A DNA stretch of 64,000 nucleotides, taken from Minisyncoccia bacterium. GTDB taxonomy: Bacteria > Patescibacteriota > Minisyncoccia > SW-4-49-11. This document shows, in pieces, positions 21,577 to 31,522 of the stretch (position 1 is the stretch's first letter; the number at the start of each line of letters is the position of its first letter). The notes beneath the pieces were generated by a model that had not been told where the DNA came from, ran no database searches, and worked only from the letters and a program-made list of their open reading frames with translations. The translations under genes and the position numbers were made by a program. The stretch is taken from positions 1 to 64,000 of the forward strand of contig JBIKVS010000005.1 of the NCBI GenBank assembly GCA_044356725.1. The letters run 5' to 3'.

Positions 21577-22761
21577 TTACAAAACCTGTCTCAAGACTTC
21601 GTTTTCAACTTTATCGTAACAACTTTGCCACACATGTTTATTTTTACCTAACTTATTTGCACTCTTTGCTTCCTTAAGATGATCAATTACTCTTGTAACT
21701 AACTCTGTTTTCATTTCATGAAACATTAAAATTGGATCTGTCTTCCATTTGCATAATCCATCTTTAATCTCAACTAAGTTCCTAAAAGAGGCAAGTATTG
21801 GTAGAATAAATGACGATGGAATAATATATTCTGAATATCCTTCAATAAATTCTAATTCAATTTGCTTCGTTCTTTTCTTGTTAGCAAGATACATAATACC
21901 TTCAAGTTTTCCAAATTTACCTCCCGTTGAATTCCATGTATCTGGCATTTCTTGGTAAATAATATTTTTTAGTTCAAGAATCTTAGGTAATAATGGTAAA
22001 TACTTATTCAGCTTATCTCTATGATTTTTAAAATGATTTAGTACTCCAGCCTTACTGCTATAGGCCATTATAGGATGACTATTATTATCAAAAGATTCTA
22101 TGTCAAAACAAATTAAATATGATAATATATCTTTTATATCAATATCCTTTTTGGATCCATCATCATCAAACTCTGTTTCTTTATAGGCAATTCGATTTGC
22201 ATAAGTTTCAGAACTCAAAATGTTTTTGATTAAATCAAAGTTACCATATAAATCTTCAATTCCCTGATCTTTCACAGCTGCAGACTTATTGCGAGCATAT
22301 ACAATATTGACAGCTTCCTCTTTATCAGTAAATCCACTCAAAATTTCTATTCTCAGATATGCCTCATCAAATGTTATACCATCCCCAAGATCTAGTTCAT
22401 CTAAAAGATATCGTATCACTGTATATGTATGACCTCCATCTAAAATTCCATGTAGATCTGATTGAACCAATTCGAGATACATATCTTTAGTATTAGTTTT
22501 AAAGTCAACCTTATCTACAAGTAATGTAATTCCTCTATTTTTAAAGAAGAATTCTTTTGGGGCATCAGTTAAAGATTTTGAAATAATTTTAGAAACTCCA
22601 GTTTTTTCTGTAGCTTCTCTAGGATTTATTTTTTTCCATTCTTGTAATTCCTTGGGTACATTTTCAACTTTTACCACAGCAATATACATTTGTTTTCCTT
22701 CTTGTTCAAGAGGGTTAGGAATACGGCGAAATGATTCTACAGGGACTTTAATAATTTCCAT
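21577..22761 (-). CDS. AIPR (abortive infection phage resistance) family protein
   Basis: INPRE, FFFKNRGITL, GILDGGHT, ARN-S--VK motifs; sits beside RM genes. Confidence 0.8.
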   Translation of the reverse strand: MEIIKVPVESFRRIPNPLEQEGKQMYIAVVKVENVPKELQEWKKINPREATEKTGVSKIISKSLTDAPKEFFFKNRGITLLVDKVDFKTNTKDMYLELVQSDLHGILDGGHTYTVIRYLLDELDLGDGITFDEAYLRIEILSGFTDKEEAVNIVYARNKSAAVKDQGIEDLYGNFDLIKNILSSETYANRIAYKETEFDDDGSKKDIDIKDILSYLICFDIESFDNNSHPIMAYSSKAGVLNHFKNHRDKLNKYLPLLPKILELKNIIYQEMPDTWNSTGGKFGKLEGIMYLANKKRTKQIELEFIEGYSEYIIPSSFILPILASFRNLVEIKDGLCKWKTDPILMFHEMKTELVTRVIDHLKEAKSANKLGKNKHVWQSCYDKVENEVLRQVL

Positions 22762-22849
22762 AAAATTTAGTTAAGTTAATAAGTACATAGGACGATATTG
22801 TCGTATAAGAATGCTACATATATTTGATAATTAAACTAATTCATAACAC

Positions 22850-23028
22850 AAAAAAGTGCGGTATATGCGCACTTAGAATTATCAAAACTTATTTTATAAT
22901 TGTATTATATTAAGTACTAGATATAATCTAAGCACCTTTCTGAGCCTTAGCTACAGACACTGTAGAATGGGTAGACCAAAAGTCATTCACTCTACCAGAG
23001 ACCAACGCGCATAGCAGTCGGTTAGGTT
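22850..23028 (-). ncRNA. Candidate structured small RNA or leader upstream of AIPR
   Basis: Promoter TTGACA-17-TATATT (23035-23063), four to five consecutive hairpins, terminator aagtgcg-catatac-cgcactt followed by tttt; only tiny ORFs. Confidence 0.45.
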
Positions 23029-23072
23029 GTTTTTAATATAGCACAATTGATTAAGTTTGTCAAACTATAACA

Positions 23073-26000
23073 TTATTTCACAATTTCTCGCTCTTCGGGG
23101 GTGAGTTGGTATAAGTCCATTACGAGTTCGTCAATTTCGGCTTCGAGGTGGATTGTGTCGCCATCTTTATTATATTTTTTGGCTTCTAGAATTTGGTCTA
23201 CTAAAGTTTGAATTTTATTAACCATATTTTCATTGGTTTCTGAGATTTTAGGGATAGGTATTTTTTCAAGAAATATTTTTTTATATCTATAACCAGTTTC
23301 TCCTAGTCCTCCTCCAGCATAATATTTTTTAAAAATATAAGTGACAAAGTTTGAATTTAATAAACCACAAATATATTTAATATTATTACCTGTAATCAAA
23401 AAAGTAGTAGCCTCACAATATAACTCACCCTTATCAAAATAAAATCTTGGCTCTCTCACAATTTCTGAGTACACCACCTTCTCCTTTTCAAATTCGCCCA
23501 TATAAGCACAATCTCTGAGATTATACTTTGTTTTACCTTTATCACCTCTTTTTGAAAGTTTTGGCTCATATTGATTTAGGTGATTTTTTATAGCAGGATA
23601 CCCATCTATTTGGATTGATGGCACACCTTTATATCCATTATGTGTAGTAATAAGGTATAATCCACTCTCTTCATATCCATATCTTTTTATATCTCTTCCT
23701 CGTAGTATTAGCTTGATTATCTCTTCACTTTTTGGATCTTCTTTGATTAGTCTTGTTCTGGTCTCTTCATCAATGATAAAGGCTTCATTTAGTCCTGTTA
23801 GAACTCCTCTATAAATATTTACATCCCAATTTTTGAGTGGTTTACCAAGCTTTTCAATTTTTTCTTTGAGGGCTATTTCAGCTTTAGAGCCTATAAACCA
23901 AGTGTCTTTGGAAAGTTTATCTATATTTAATGAGTTTTTAGTAATATATTCAGTCAGGTTGTCTCCTTCTTTGAAATCATTTTTGAAATGTATAGCTTGG
24001 AGTTGGTATTCTTGGGGAGTTCCTTTTTTAGCTAGATAAATATTGGTGTCTACTGTGGCTGATTTGAAGACTTTGAAGCCTCCAAAATCAATAAGTTGTA
24101 AGGGTATGGTATGATCGGCAAAATATCCCCTCAAAGCTTCGCCATAGCCTGCCCGCATCCATTTATTGGAGGTTATGTAGCATAATATTCCGTCTTTTCG
24201 TAGTAAATCAAAACCTCTTTCATAAAATAAGGCATAAATATCTCCTGTAGATTTGAAAGTTAGATATCCCTCAGATTTATAGGCTTTACTTATATATTCT
24301 GGGATGAGTTTTTTGTTTTGCAATTGTATATATGGCGGATTTCCAATTACTATGTCAAATCCTTCCGTGACTCCAAACATCCACTCTGGATCGAACCAGT
24401 CTGTGGCTTGATGAATAAATGGCTCCCAGTCTGCAATTTTTTTTGACATAATGCTACTGAATAATTTATCATATTTTTTTGTTAATTGCTTTTGAATTGA
24501 TACAAATTGAGTTTTCAAACTTTCTTTTTCAGTATGTTCATTAAAAAATCTAGCTCTTAATGATTTTAATTTTGCAATTAATACTTCAATTTCTGGATCA
24601 GATAATTTACCTTGTCTAGTATTATTATCTAGGGATAATAAAGTGTTAGCGGATACAAATTTGAAGTCTAGGTTTGGGAGGGCTTCTATTCCCCTATTTT
24701 CTTTATTTTCTTGTATTTCTTGGTCAACTATTAAGGATAGGAAAAACCTTAGTCTAGAGATTTCTACGGCTGATTCTTGTATATCTACTCCGAATATACT
24801 AGTTTCTATAATTCCTAGTTTTCTTATATAGTCTATAGCTGGGTTAGATCTAAGTTCATTTCTTAGAGTCTCATTAGGTAATTTAGCTGTCATTAATTCT
24901 AGCCATAGGCTATTATCTGGGTCAATTTTTTGTAATATTATGAATATCTGTTGCAATATTCCCATTGGATAAGCTCCTGATCCACAGGCGGGGTCTAGGA
25001 TTTTGAGTGTATCAAGGGCATTGATTATTGCTATTTTATTCTCGGGTGAAATATTGGATTCTTTATCAAAATTTTCAAAGCATAGGTCATCTAATATTTC
25101 TTTATTGATAGAAGTTTTATCTGCTAGATATTGTATGATTGTCTGTCTAACCATATATTCTACGATTGATCTTGGGGTATAAAAACTTCCTGTAGATTTG
25201 CGGGCTGTATCCCCTGTTTCTGGGTTTATCTCTCCTAGAAGATTTTCAAAGATTCTTCCGAGCATTTCTGGGTCTACTGAGACTTCTACATCGGTAGTGC
25301 TATTCTCATCTATGGTAAAGTTATATCTTTCTAAAATTTGGAATATATCTTCAAAAAGAGAGTTATCTATTATTAGATTATTTTGATGTAATGAATATCC
25401 AGAAAAATTATCTAATTCATAGTAGTCTTGATTTATAGCTTCGAATAATCCTCCATTAAGATATGGTATTTGTTGAGAATACTTCAAACATTGACCTAGT
25501 GCATTATCGTCACGAGATCTAATTTTTTTATTAAGCATTTCAAAAAACACTTTTTCTAGTATTTGGTGATAATAGTCTGTATAATTCTGAACTGCTTTGG
25601 TAGAAATTAGTTCATCTGGGATTAAGCCTTTGCCTTGATTGTCTTTTTTGAATTTGAGAAACCAGACAAAAACTAATCTTCCAATAAGTCTGACTGCAAA
25701 ATCTTGATATATCTTGTGTCCTGTAATTGGATCTGTTGATGGTAATTTGAAAGCTGTATCATATTGTGCTTTAGCTGTTTTAGCTCCGACGAATTTATGA
25801 AACCAAGTGGCTATTTCCTTATAAAAGGCTTCGTTGACTTTCTCTACTGAAAAGGCTTCTATGATTTCGGCTAAATTGATGTAGTTTAATTGTGAAATTC
25901 TATCTAGGAAGGTTTTATTGCTTTGTTCTCTATCTACAAAGTAGGTATATCTTTTGAAATTATTGTATTTTCTTTTATCATCTTGAATGTAGTTATAGAT

Positions 26001-26357
26001 AAAGCTAAATCTGAAGTTAAAGTTGGAGTCATAGAATAAAAAGATTCCGTATTCAAATTGTTGTTGATTTTCTCGGATGAGATTTTTGGCTAAATCGTAT
26101 TGTGCTTTCTTACCTGTTTTTTCGGATAGACTTCCATTGACTTTGACACTGATAAATCCTATTTTTTTATTATCTTCTAATACTTTGATTGCATATAAAT
26201 ATGGCTCAGAGAATTGGTTTTTGTCTATATTATATGTATATAATTCTTGCACTTGTATCATTGTGATACCTGGTATATGACTGATATACTCTTCAAATGT
26301 ATTATGAATTGAGTTTTCTGTCTGAGCCTGTATTATTTCTTGTAATAGGTGTTTCAT
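23073..26357 (-). CDS. Eco57I/type IIG-like N6-adenine DNA methyltransferase with C-terminal TaqI_C-like TRD
   Basis: GSFYTPR, ILDPACGSG (motif I), IGNPPY (motif IV), YITSNKW. Confidence 0.9.
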   Translation of the reverse strand: MKHLLQEIIQAQTENSIHNTFEEYISHIPGITMIQVQELYTYNIDKNQFSEPYLYAIKVLEDNKKIGFISVKVNGSLSEKTGKKAQYDLAKNLIRENQQQFEYGIFLFYDSNFNFRFSFIYNYIQDDKRKYNNFKRYTYFVDREQSNKTFLDRISQLNYINLAEIIEAFSVEKVNEAFYKEIATWFHKFVGAKTAKAQYDTAFKLPSTDPITGHKIYQDFAVRLIGRLVFVWFLKFKKDNQGKGLIPDELISTKAVQNYTDYYHQILEKVFFEMLNKKIRSRDDNALGQCLKYSQQIPYLNGGLFEAINQDYYELDNFSGYSLHQNNLIIDNSLFEDIFQILERYNFTIDENSTTDVEVSVDPEMLGRIFENLLGEINPETGDTARKSTGSFYTPRSIVEYMVRQTIIQYLADKTSINKEILDDLCFENFDKESNISPENKIAIINALDTLKILDPACGSGAYPMGILQQIFIILQKIDPDNSLWLELMTAKLPNETLRNELRSNPAIDYIRKLGIIETSIFGVDIQESAVEISRLRFFLSLIVDQEIQENKENRGIEALPNLDFKFVSANTLLSLDNNTRQGKLSDPEIEVLIAKLKSLRARFFNEHTEKESLKTQFVSIQKQLTKKYDKLFSSIMSKKIADWEPFIHQATDWFDPEWMFGVTEGFDIVIGNPPYIQLQNKKLIPEYISKAYKSEGYLTFKSTGDIYALFYERGFDLLRKDGILCYITSNKWMRAGYGEALRGYFADHTIPLQLIDFGGFKVFKSATVDTNIYLAKKGTPQEYQLQAIHFKNDFKEGDNLTEYITKNSLNIDKLSKDTWFIGSKAEIALKEKIEKLGKPLKNWDVNIYRGVLTGLNEAFIIDEETRTRLIKEDPKSEEIIKLILRGRDIKRYGYEESGLYLITTHNGYKGVPSIQIDGYPAIKNHLNQYEPKLSKRGDKGKTKYNLRDCAYMGEFEKEKVVYSEIVREPRFYFDKGELYCEATTFLITGNNIKYICGLLNSNFVTYIFKKYYAGGGLGETGYRYKKIFLEKIPIPKISETNENMVNKIQTLVDQILEAKKYNKDGDTIHLEAEIDELVMDLYQLTPEEREIVK

Positions 26358-26420
26358 ATATTAGGTTATTACCTATAATATTCTCACTTTTATGATATAT
26401 TGTCAATTTAATATTTTATG

Positions 26421-26525
26421 ATTTCTATCGACAAAAATTGTCGATAGAAATTTATTACCCGCTATATTGGCTTATTTATAAGCTTTTTCTATCGACAATT
26501 TTTGTCGATAGATTGTCGATAGAAA
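26421..26525. promoter_or_regulatory. CTATCGACAA palindrome cluster, copy 1 (operator-like)
   Basis: Perfect 14-bp arms atttctatcgacaa-aaa-ttgtcgatagaaat, a second palindrome and an extra half-site; block repeated at 48851-48952. Confidence 0.6.
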
Positions 26526-27977
26526 TTATTCATCTAAAAATTTAGGGTTTAGATAATATCTAGTGTATCGATTCTCTCCTTGTTTTATTAGAATATCATT
26601 TTCAACTAGCATCGTAATTTCATATCGTGCCTTTCTATCATCTCCTTTCTTTTCCATATTATTGAGTTTACAATATTCAGGATTTGATAATCCTTTGGCT
26701 GGATTATGTTTTAATTCCAAAAGAGCAACTAATTGAGTATCTTTCAATTTATATTTTTTTCTAAACTGAGCCAACCAATTATGATCATTTTCCTGAACAA
26801 ATGCCGATGTAAATAATGTTGTTTTGAATATTTCTCCGTTATTTTCAAATTTTGGCATAGGTAATCCTGAATCTTTTGTAGCATTTAATATGGTTCGTAT
26901 TCCTCTACCTCTTGTCTCGGTAATACTATAATCTCGAAGGAATTTAATAAGTAAAGGATTTCTTGATTGTGGTGTTGCATTATCTATATTCTCTATTGGT
27001 ACAAGACTTCTACCAGGATTTGCAAATTCTACTCTATCAGAGTAAATATCTATCTGTATTCTAGCGGTACGATTAGTATAATCTCTATGTGCGATTGCAT
27101 TAGCTAAGGTTTCACGAATAGCAATTTCGGGAATTGCTAAATATTCTTTTCGTTTCAATTCTGTACTGATTTCACTATGTACTGGTAGTTTGGAAATAAT
27201 AAATTTAAGTGCATTATCAAATTGCTCGAGAACTGTCCCATTGAACTCTTTATCATCAATACTAACTTCCTCAATATTTTGTGATACTTTAGATACTCCT
27301 CTATATTGAGTGACTGCTATATTAAATGTAGGTGATCCTATATCTTGTAATGCTTCTTGTTTTGAAAATACTAATAGCCCCAATAACGTAGGTTTATTAT
27401 CTTTAATTACCTGCATCTTAGTTAGAATTTGATTAGGAGTAAAATCTTGATATATATTATATCTTTTTTTATTTACTACTTTTATATAATCTAATACTTT
27501 TGTATTATCTATTGATTCTTCTATTGAGTTATCTAAAATTTTTAATTCTGCACCTCCTTCATTTGCTAATGCAAATCTACGAATATGATCATCTGTTATT
27601 TGAGCATTTGTAGTCCCAGCTCTAATTCTTGCTCCTCGAGGGACACCTCGCTTTTTAGAATATATTGGTCGATGATATGTAGGAGCTGGAGGTATATAAA
27701 TTTGTATTATAGAATCTTTTGTAACTTTTACATCAGGAATAATCTCCACATTAAATACTGATTTACATATACTATATACACTCTGTTGTAATGTATCTAA
27801 ATATTTGTTCTCAATACCATGTATAACACCATTCGTATCTATACCTAAATAGATAGTACCTCCATCTAAATTAGAAAAGGCTGAAATAGTTTCCCATAAA
27901 GCATCTGGTAATTTATCTTTTGTTATGAATTTAAACTCAACTGTGTCAGTTTCTATATTAGGGTATAAAGTATTCAT
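26526..27977 (-). CDS. AlbA_2 (Schlafen-like) + HATPase_c_4 + wHTH protein ('RecG-like' regulator family)
   Basis: ETDTVEFK, ISAFSNLDGGTIYLGI, AIRETLANAIAHRDY, SRNPLL, GRGI, C-terminal GENRYTRY wing. Confidence 0.85.
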   Translation of the reverse strand: MNTLYPNIETDTVEFKFITKDKLPDALWETISAFSNLDGGTIYLGIDTNGVIHGIENKYLDTLQQSVYSICKSVFNVEIIPDVKVTKDSIIQIYIPPAPTYHRPIYSKKRGVPRGARIRAGTTNAQITDDHIRRFALANEGGAELKILDNSIEESIDNTKVLDYIKVVNKKRYNIYQDFTPNQILTKMQVIKDNKPTLLGLLVFSKQEALQDIGSPTFNIAVTQYRGVSKVSQNIEEVSIDDKEFNGTVLEQFDNALKFIISKLPVHSEISTELKRKEYLAIPEIAIRETLANAIAHRDYTNRTARIQIDIYSDRVEFANPGRSLVPIENIDNATPQSRNPLLIKFLRDYSITETRGRGIRTILNATKDSGLPMPKFENNGEIFKTTLFTSAFVQENDHNWLAQFRKKYKLKDTQLVALLELKHNPAKGLSNPEYCKLNNMEKKGDDRKARYEITMLVENDILIKQGENRYTRYYLNPKFLDE

Positions 27978-30900
27978 TATTGTTTCTTATTTTCTATTGC
28001 AATTATTATATCTACGGATATTTTATCTGTTTCTTGTCTGATATTATTGAGATAATTTTCACTTAAATAGGATTTTAATTTGGTCAAAATATCTGTAAGT
28101 TCATCTATATTTTGAACTTTAGTGATTTTGCGAGCGGTTTCATCTGAAGTTGTTCCATAGGAGATTATATCTTCTCTGAGTTCTCTTGCGATTGTTTCTA
28201 GGTTTTTAGGTATTTGAAAATTATCTAAGTATTTATCTAAGACGGTAAGGGCTTTATCTTGTACGGTTTGGCTGGATGTTCTGAGGGGTTTTTTACTTAT
28301 AAACTTCTTTTGTAATTCTGGGTAATGTTGCCAAAAATTATTAGATAATTCAACAGCTTTATCGTCTGGATTGGCTTTAATATTATCTATTATTGATTCT
28401 ATGGTTGGATCTTCTATTGTACTATCTGGTTCATAATTGGTTGATCTTACCTGGAAGGCTTTGCCTTTTTTGAGGAATACATATAGATTGTCTTGAGTAC
28501 CTGTTTTGGCTACTTTTATTCTATCTGGTAGTCTTATGATTTTTTGGTATAGTTCTGGATGTTGTGATTGAAATTCAAAAAATTCTTTTCTAATTTTAGT
28601 TAGGAAGCTGGAGCTTTCTTCTTGTTCCGGATTGGTGGTGAGTCTTGTATATAGTCCTGCTGGAGTTGGTTGTTCGTCTATGTCAAAGATCTTAGCATCT
28701 TCTCCTAAGATTGTGTGTATCATAAACATTTTGTTGGTGGCGATTTCTTTGCTTTTGAGAATATTATTTCCTTTATCTGTTGGGAAATAGTTATAAATAT
28801 ATAGTTTTTCGAATACTTTTGCACTGAGTCTGTTGATTCTTCCTACTCTTTGGATTACTCTTGTTGGATTCCATGGGATATCGTAGTTGATGACTATTCC
28901 TGCTCGATTGAGGTTGAATCCTTCTGAGATACGATCTGTTCCAAGTATAATATCATAATCATTGGCTTGTTCAGATAATGATACTGAAGCGTCAAAATTA
29001 GTTTGAATTTTTTTATTTATATTATTATCTATACCTTTGTTAATTACTAAAACTCTGTTTGGGAAATACTTTTCTAATAATGGCTTAATGTATTCCAATG
29101 TATCTAAAAACTCTGTAAAAATTACTGTTTTACGATTTGGTTCTTTGTGTAATGACGATTTTATGGATTCTATTAGTTTTTGGGCTTTTGGATCTTGGTT
29201 GACTTGATTTAGCGATAATTCTTCAATTTCACTTTTGATGTGTTTTAATAATTCTATATCTGCTTTGATATTATTGATAAAGTCATTTTTTTGTAAGAAT
29301 GCTTTACTGTATAGGTTGTATACTGATTTCTTAGTTTTAACTTTATTTATATCTTTTTTTGATTCTTGTTCTAATCTTTCGATTTCTTTTCTAATTTCAT
29401 TGAAATCTAGGTCTTCATCATCTTGGAATTTATCGAATAATTCTCTAGCGAAGATGTATTTTCCTGTTTCATCTATAACTTTATCTACAAATTCGTATAA
29501 TTTGAGTGTATTTATAATACTTTGATAAAATGAACCGAAGGAACTTTCAAATCTTTTGACTAAATGTCTAGTCATAAAGTCAAAAAGATTGTTCTGAGCT
29601 TGGTATTCAAAGTTTTCTGCAAGTCCTGTTATTTTCTCGGGGGACTTTTTATAATTACCAGCTTCATATACTACTGGTCTATATATTGCTCCAGTGAATT
29701 TGCCTTCTCTTCCAAAATATCTTTGTATAACATTGTCATAAAATTCAGATTGCTCAGGGTCTAGTTCAAATAACTGAGCTTCTGGATCTTGAACTTGTGA
29801 CATATCTGGGATGTCTTTTTGATAGACTGGATCTTGTTCTAAATCTTTACGATTTCTTCGGATTAGGACGGGTTCTATAATTGATCTTACTTGATCTGAT
29901 AGGTATCTAGCTCTAATATTGAGATGTTCTATGTCTATTTTGTCTACTTTTTTTCCTATCAAAGACTGATAATCTTGCAATGCTCTTTGTTGTTTGAGAG
30001 GGTCTGGCGATTTATAATTTTTACGGATGTCTGAGATTCTCTTGAAATCATTTTCAAATACTCTGAATTGGTATTCTAAATTACCATCTATTGAAATCCT
30101 TGATTGTTTTGGTATATCAAATAACTTAACCATTGAGAAAAAGTCAGATGGTGAGTTGTTAAAAGGGGTTGCTGTTAATAAAATTACTTTGCGGTTTTTA
30201 CAAAGAATATTGAGGGCTTCATATTGTGAGGTATTTTCATTACGAAATCTATGTGCCTCATCTACTAAAACATATTCATATTTGTCTCTTAATTTGTCTG
30301 ATTGGTATTTTTCTAAAAAGCCTTCTACATTTCCTGATGAAATAATATCCCAATGCTTAAAATCAAAGGTTTCTTTATAATTTGCCCAACCACTTGTATG
30401 TGCTTCTCCAATTAGTCCTGGTGGGCTGACTATTATTCCTTTGCCTAAGCCAAGTTCTCGGATTATCATACTGGATATAACTGACTTCCCTAGCCCTACA
30501 ACATCGGCAATAATTACTCCATTATAATTCTCTATTGCTGATAGTGCTTGTTGTACGGCATCTAATTGATATTGATATGGAGTAAATCCATTTGCTCTTA
30601 GTACATCTTGTATCCCTGATGAAACTTCTTGTTGACTTTTTGACTTGATATATGTCTCCAAAACCTTCATATATGCTTCATAGGGAGTTATATTGGCAAC
30701 TTGGGTTTCGTCTTGTATGGTTTCAAATAATCTTTGTTTAATGACATCATTTTCGGTAATTTCAATAGATGTGTCCCATAGGGTATCAAAATATTTTATA
30801 CTTTCTTCTACTGGATGATTATCTAACAGTTGTACATTATATTCATTCTGAGTGTTTAATCCAGCTTGTGTGAGATTACTGCTACCTGTAATTACTACAC

Positions 30901-31375
30901 CTTTATTGACTATATTATTTTCTAATTCAAAAATGTATAATTTAGCATGATTTGGATCTAAGGTTTTGCGAATTATTAATTTGTTTTCCTGTATCATTTG
31001 TAAAAAGAACTTTACTTGTTCATAAAACTCTTTGGTATCATTATTTTTATGATTTAATGACTTTTTAATGGATTGTATATAATCGTCTATATGTTGCTCT
31101 TTACTTTTTTTGATATAACCTATTCTTTCTCTCTCTTTGCGGGACTCGGGAGGAGTGACACCAAATTCCACTACTTTTTGTATGTCACTATCTATATTTA
31201 GTCCTACTAGAATCTTGAGTTGTATATTAGGTTTTTTCATTAAGCTATCGAGTAAAACCTCTATCCCGGAAAAATAAAAAAATCCAACTAAAAATTTCAG
31301 CTCTTTACTTTGTGAAATAAGCTCTTTTACTCTAGTTTCAAGAGTTAAATTTTTATCTGAATTAGAAATAAACAT
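27977..31375 (-). CDS. PLD-nuclease / SNF2-type helicase fusion
   Basis: HAKLYIFE...GSSNLT PLD motif, ADVVGLGKS, DEAH, TATPFNN, QRVGRINR. Confidence 0.9.
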   Translation of the reverse strand: MFISNSDKNLTLETRVKELISQSKELKFLVGFFYFSGIEVLLDSLMKKPNIQLKILVGLNIDSDIQKVVEFGVTPPESRKERERIGYIKKSKEQHIDDYIQSIKKSLNHKNNDTKEFYEQVKFFLQMIQENKLIIRKTLDPNHAKLYIFELENNIVNKGVVITGSSNLTQAGLNTQNEYNVQLLDNHPVEESIKYFDTLWDTSIEITENDVIKQRLFETIQDETQVANITPYEAYMKVLETYIKSKSQQEVSSGIQDVLRANGFTPYQYQLDAVQQALSAIENYNGVIIADVVGLGKSVISSMIIRELGLGKGIIVSPPGLIGEAHTSGWANYKETFDFKHWDIISSGNVEGFLEKYQSDKLRDKYEYVLVDEAHRFRNENTSQYEALNILCKNRKVILLTATPFNNSPSDFFSMVKLFDIPKQSRISIDGNLEYQFRVFENDFKRISDIRKNYKSPDPLKQQRALQDYQSLIGKKVDKIDIEHLNIRARYLSDQVRSIIEPVLIRRNRKDLEQDPVYQKDIPDMSQVQDPEAQLFELDPEQSEFYDNVIQRYFGREGKFTGAIYRPVVYEAGNYKKSPEKITGLAENFEYQAQNNLFDFMTRHLVKRFESSFGSFYQSIINTLKLYEFVDKVIDETGKYIFARELFDKFQDDEDLDFNEIRKEIERLEQESKKDINKVKTKKSVYNLYSKAFLQKNDFINNIKADIELLKHIKSEIEELSLNQVNQDPKAQKLIESIKSSLHKEPNRKTVIFTEFLDTLEYIKPLLEKYFPNRVLVINKGIDNNINKKIQTNFDASVSLSEQANDYDIILGTDRISEGFNLNRAGIVINYDIPWNPTRVIQRVGRINRLSAKVFEKLYIYNYFPTDKGNNILKSKEIATNKMFMIHTILGEDAKIFDIDEQPTPAGLYTRLTTNPEQEESSSFLTKIRKEFFEFQSQHPELYQKIIRLPDRIKVAKTGTQDNLYVFLKKGKAFQVRSTNYEPDSTIEDPTIESIIDNIKANPDDKAVELSNNFWQHYPELQKKFISKKPLRTSSQTVQDKALTVLDKYLDNFQIPKNLETIARELREDIISYGTTSDETARKITKVQNIDELTDILTKLKSYLSENYLNNIRQETDKISVDIIIAIENKKQ

Positions 31376-31522
31376 TTAGATGTATTTATATTTATATATT
31401 ATAGCATATTTTGATGTTTTGTCATATTTAATCATTAATTTATAATATAGTATTCTTTACTTTAAATTATAATAAAAGTATAATATTGATAAAATTGACT
31501 TACATTAATATTTTATAATAAA

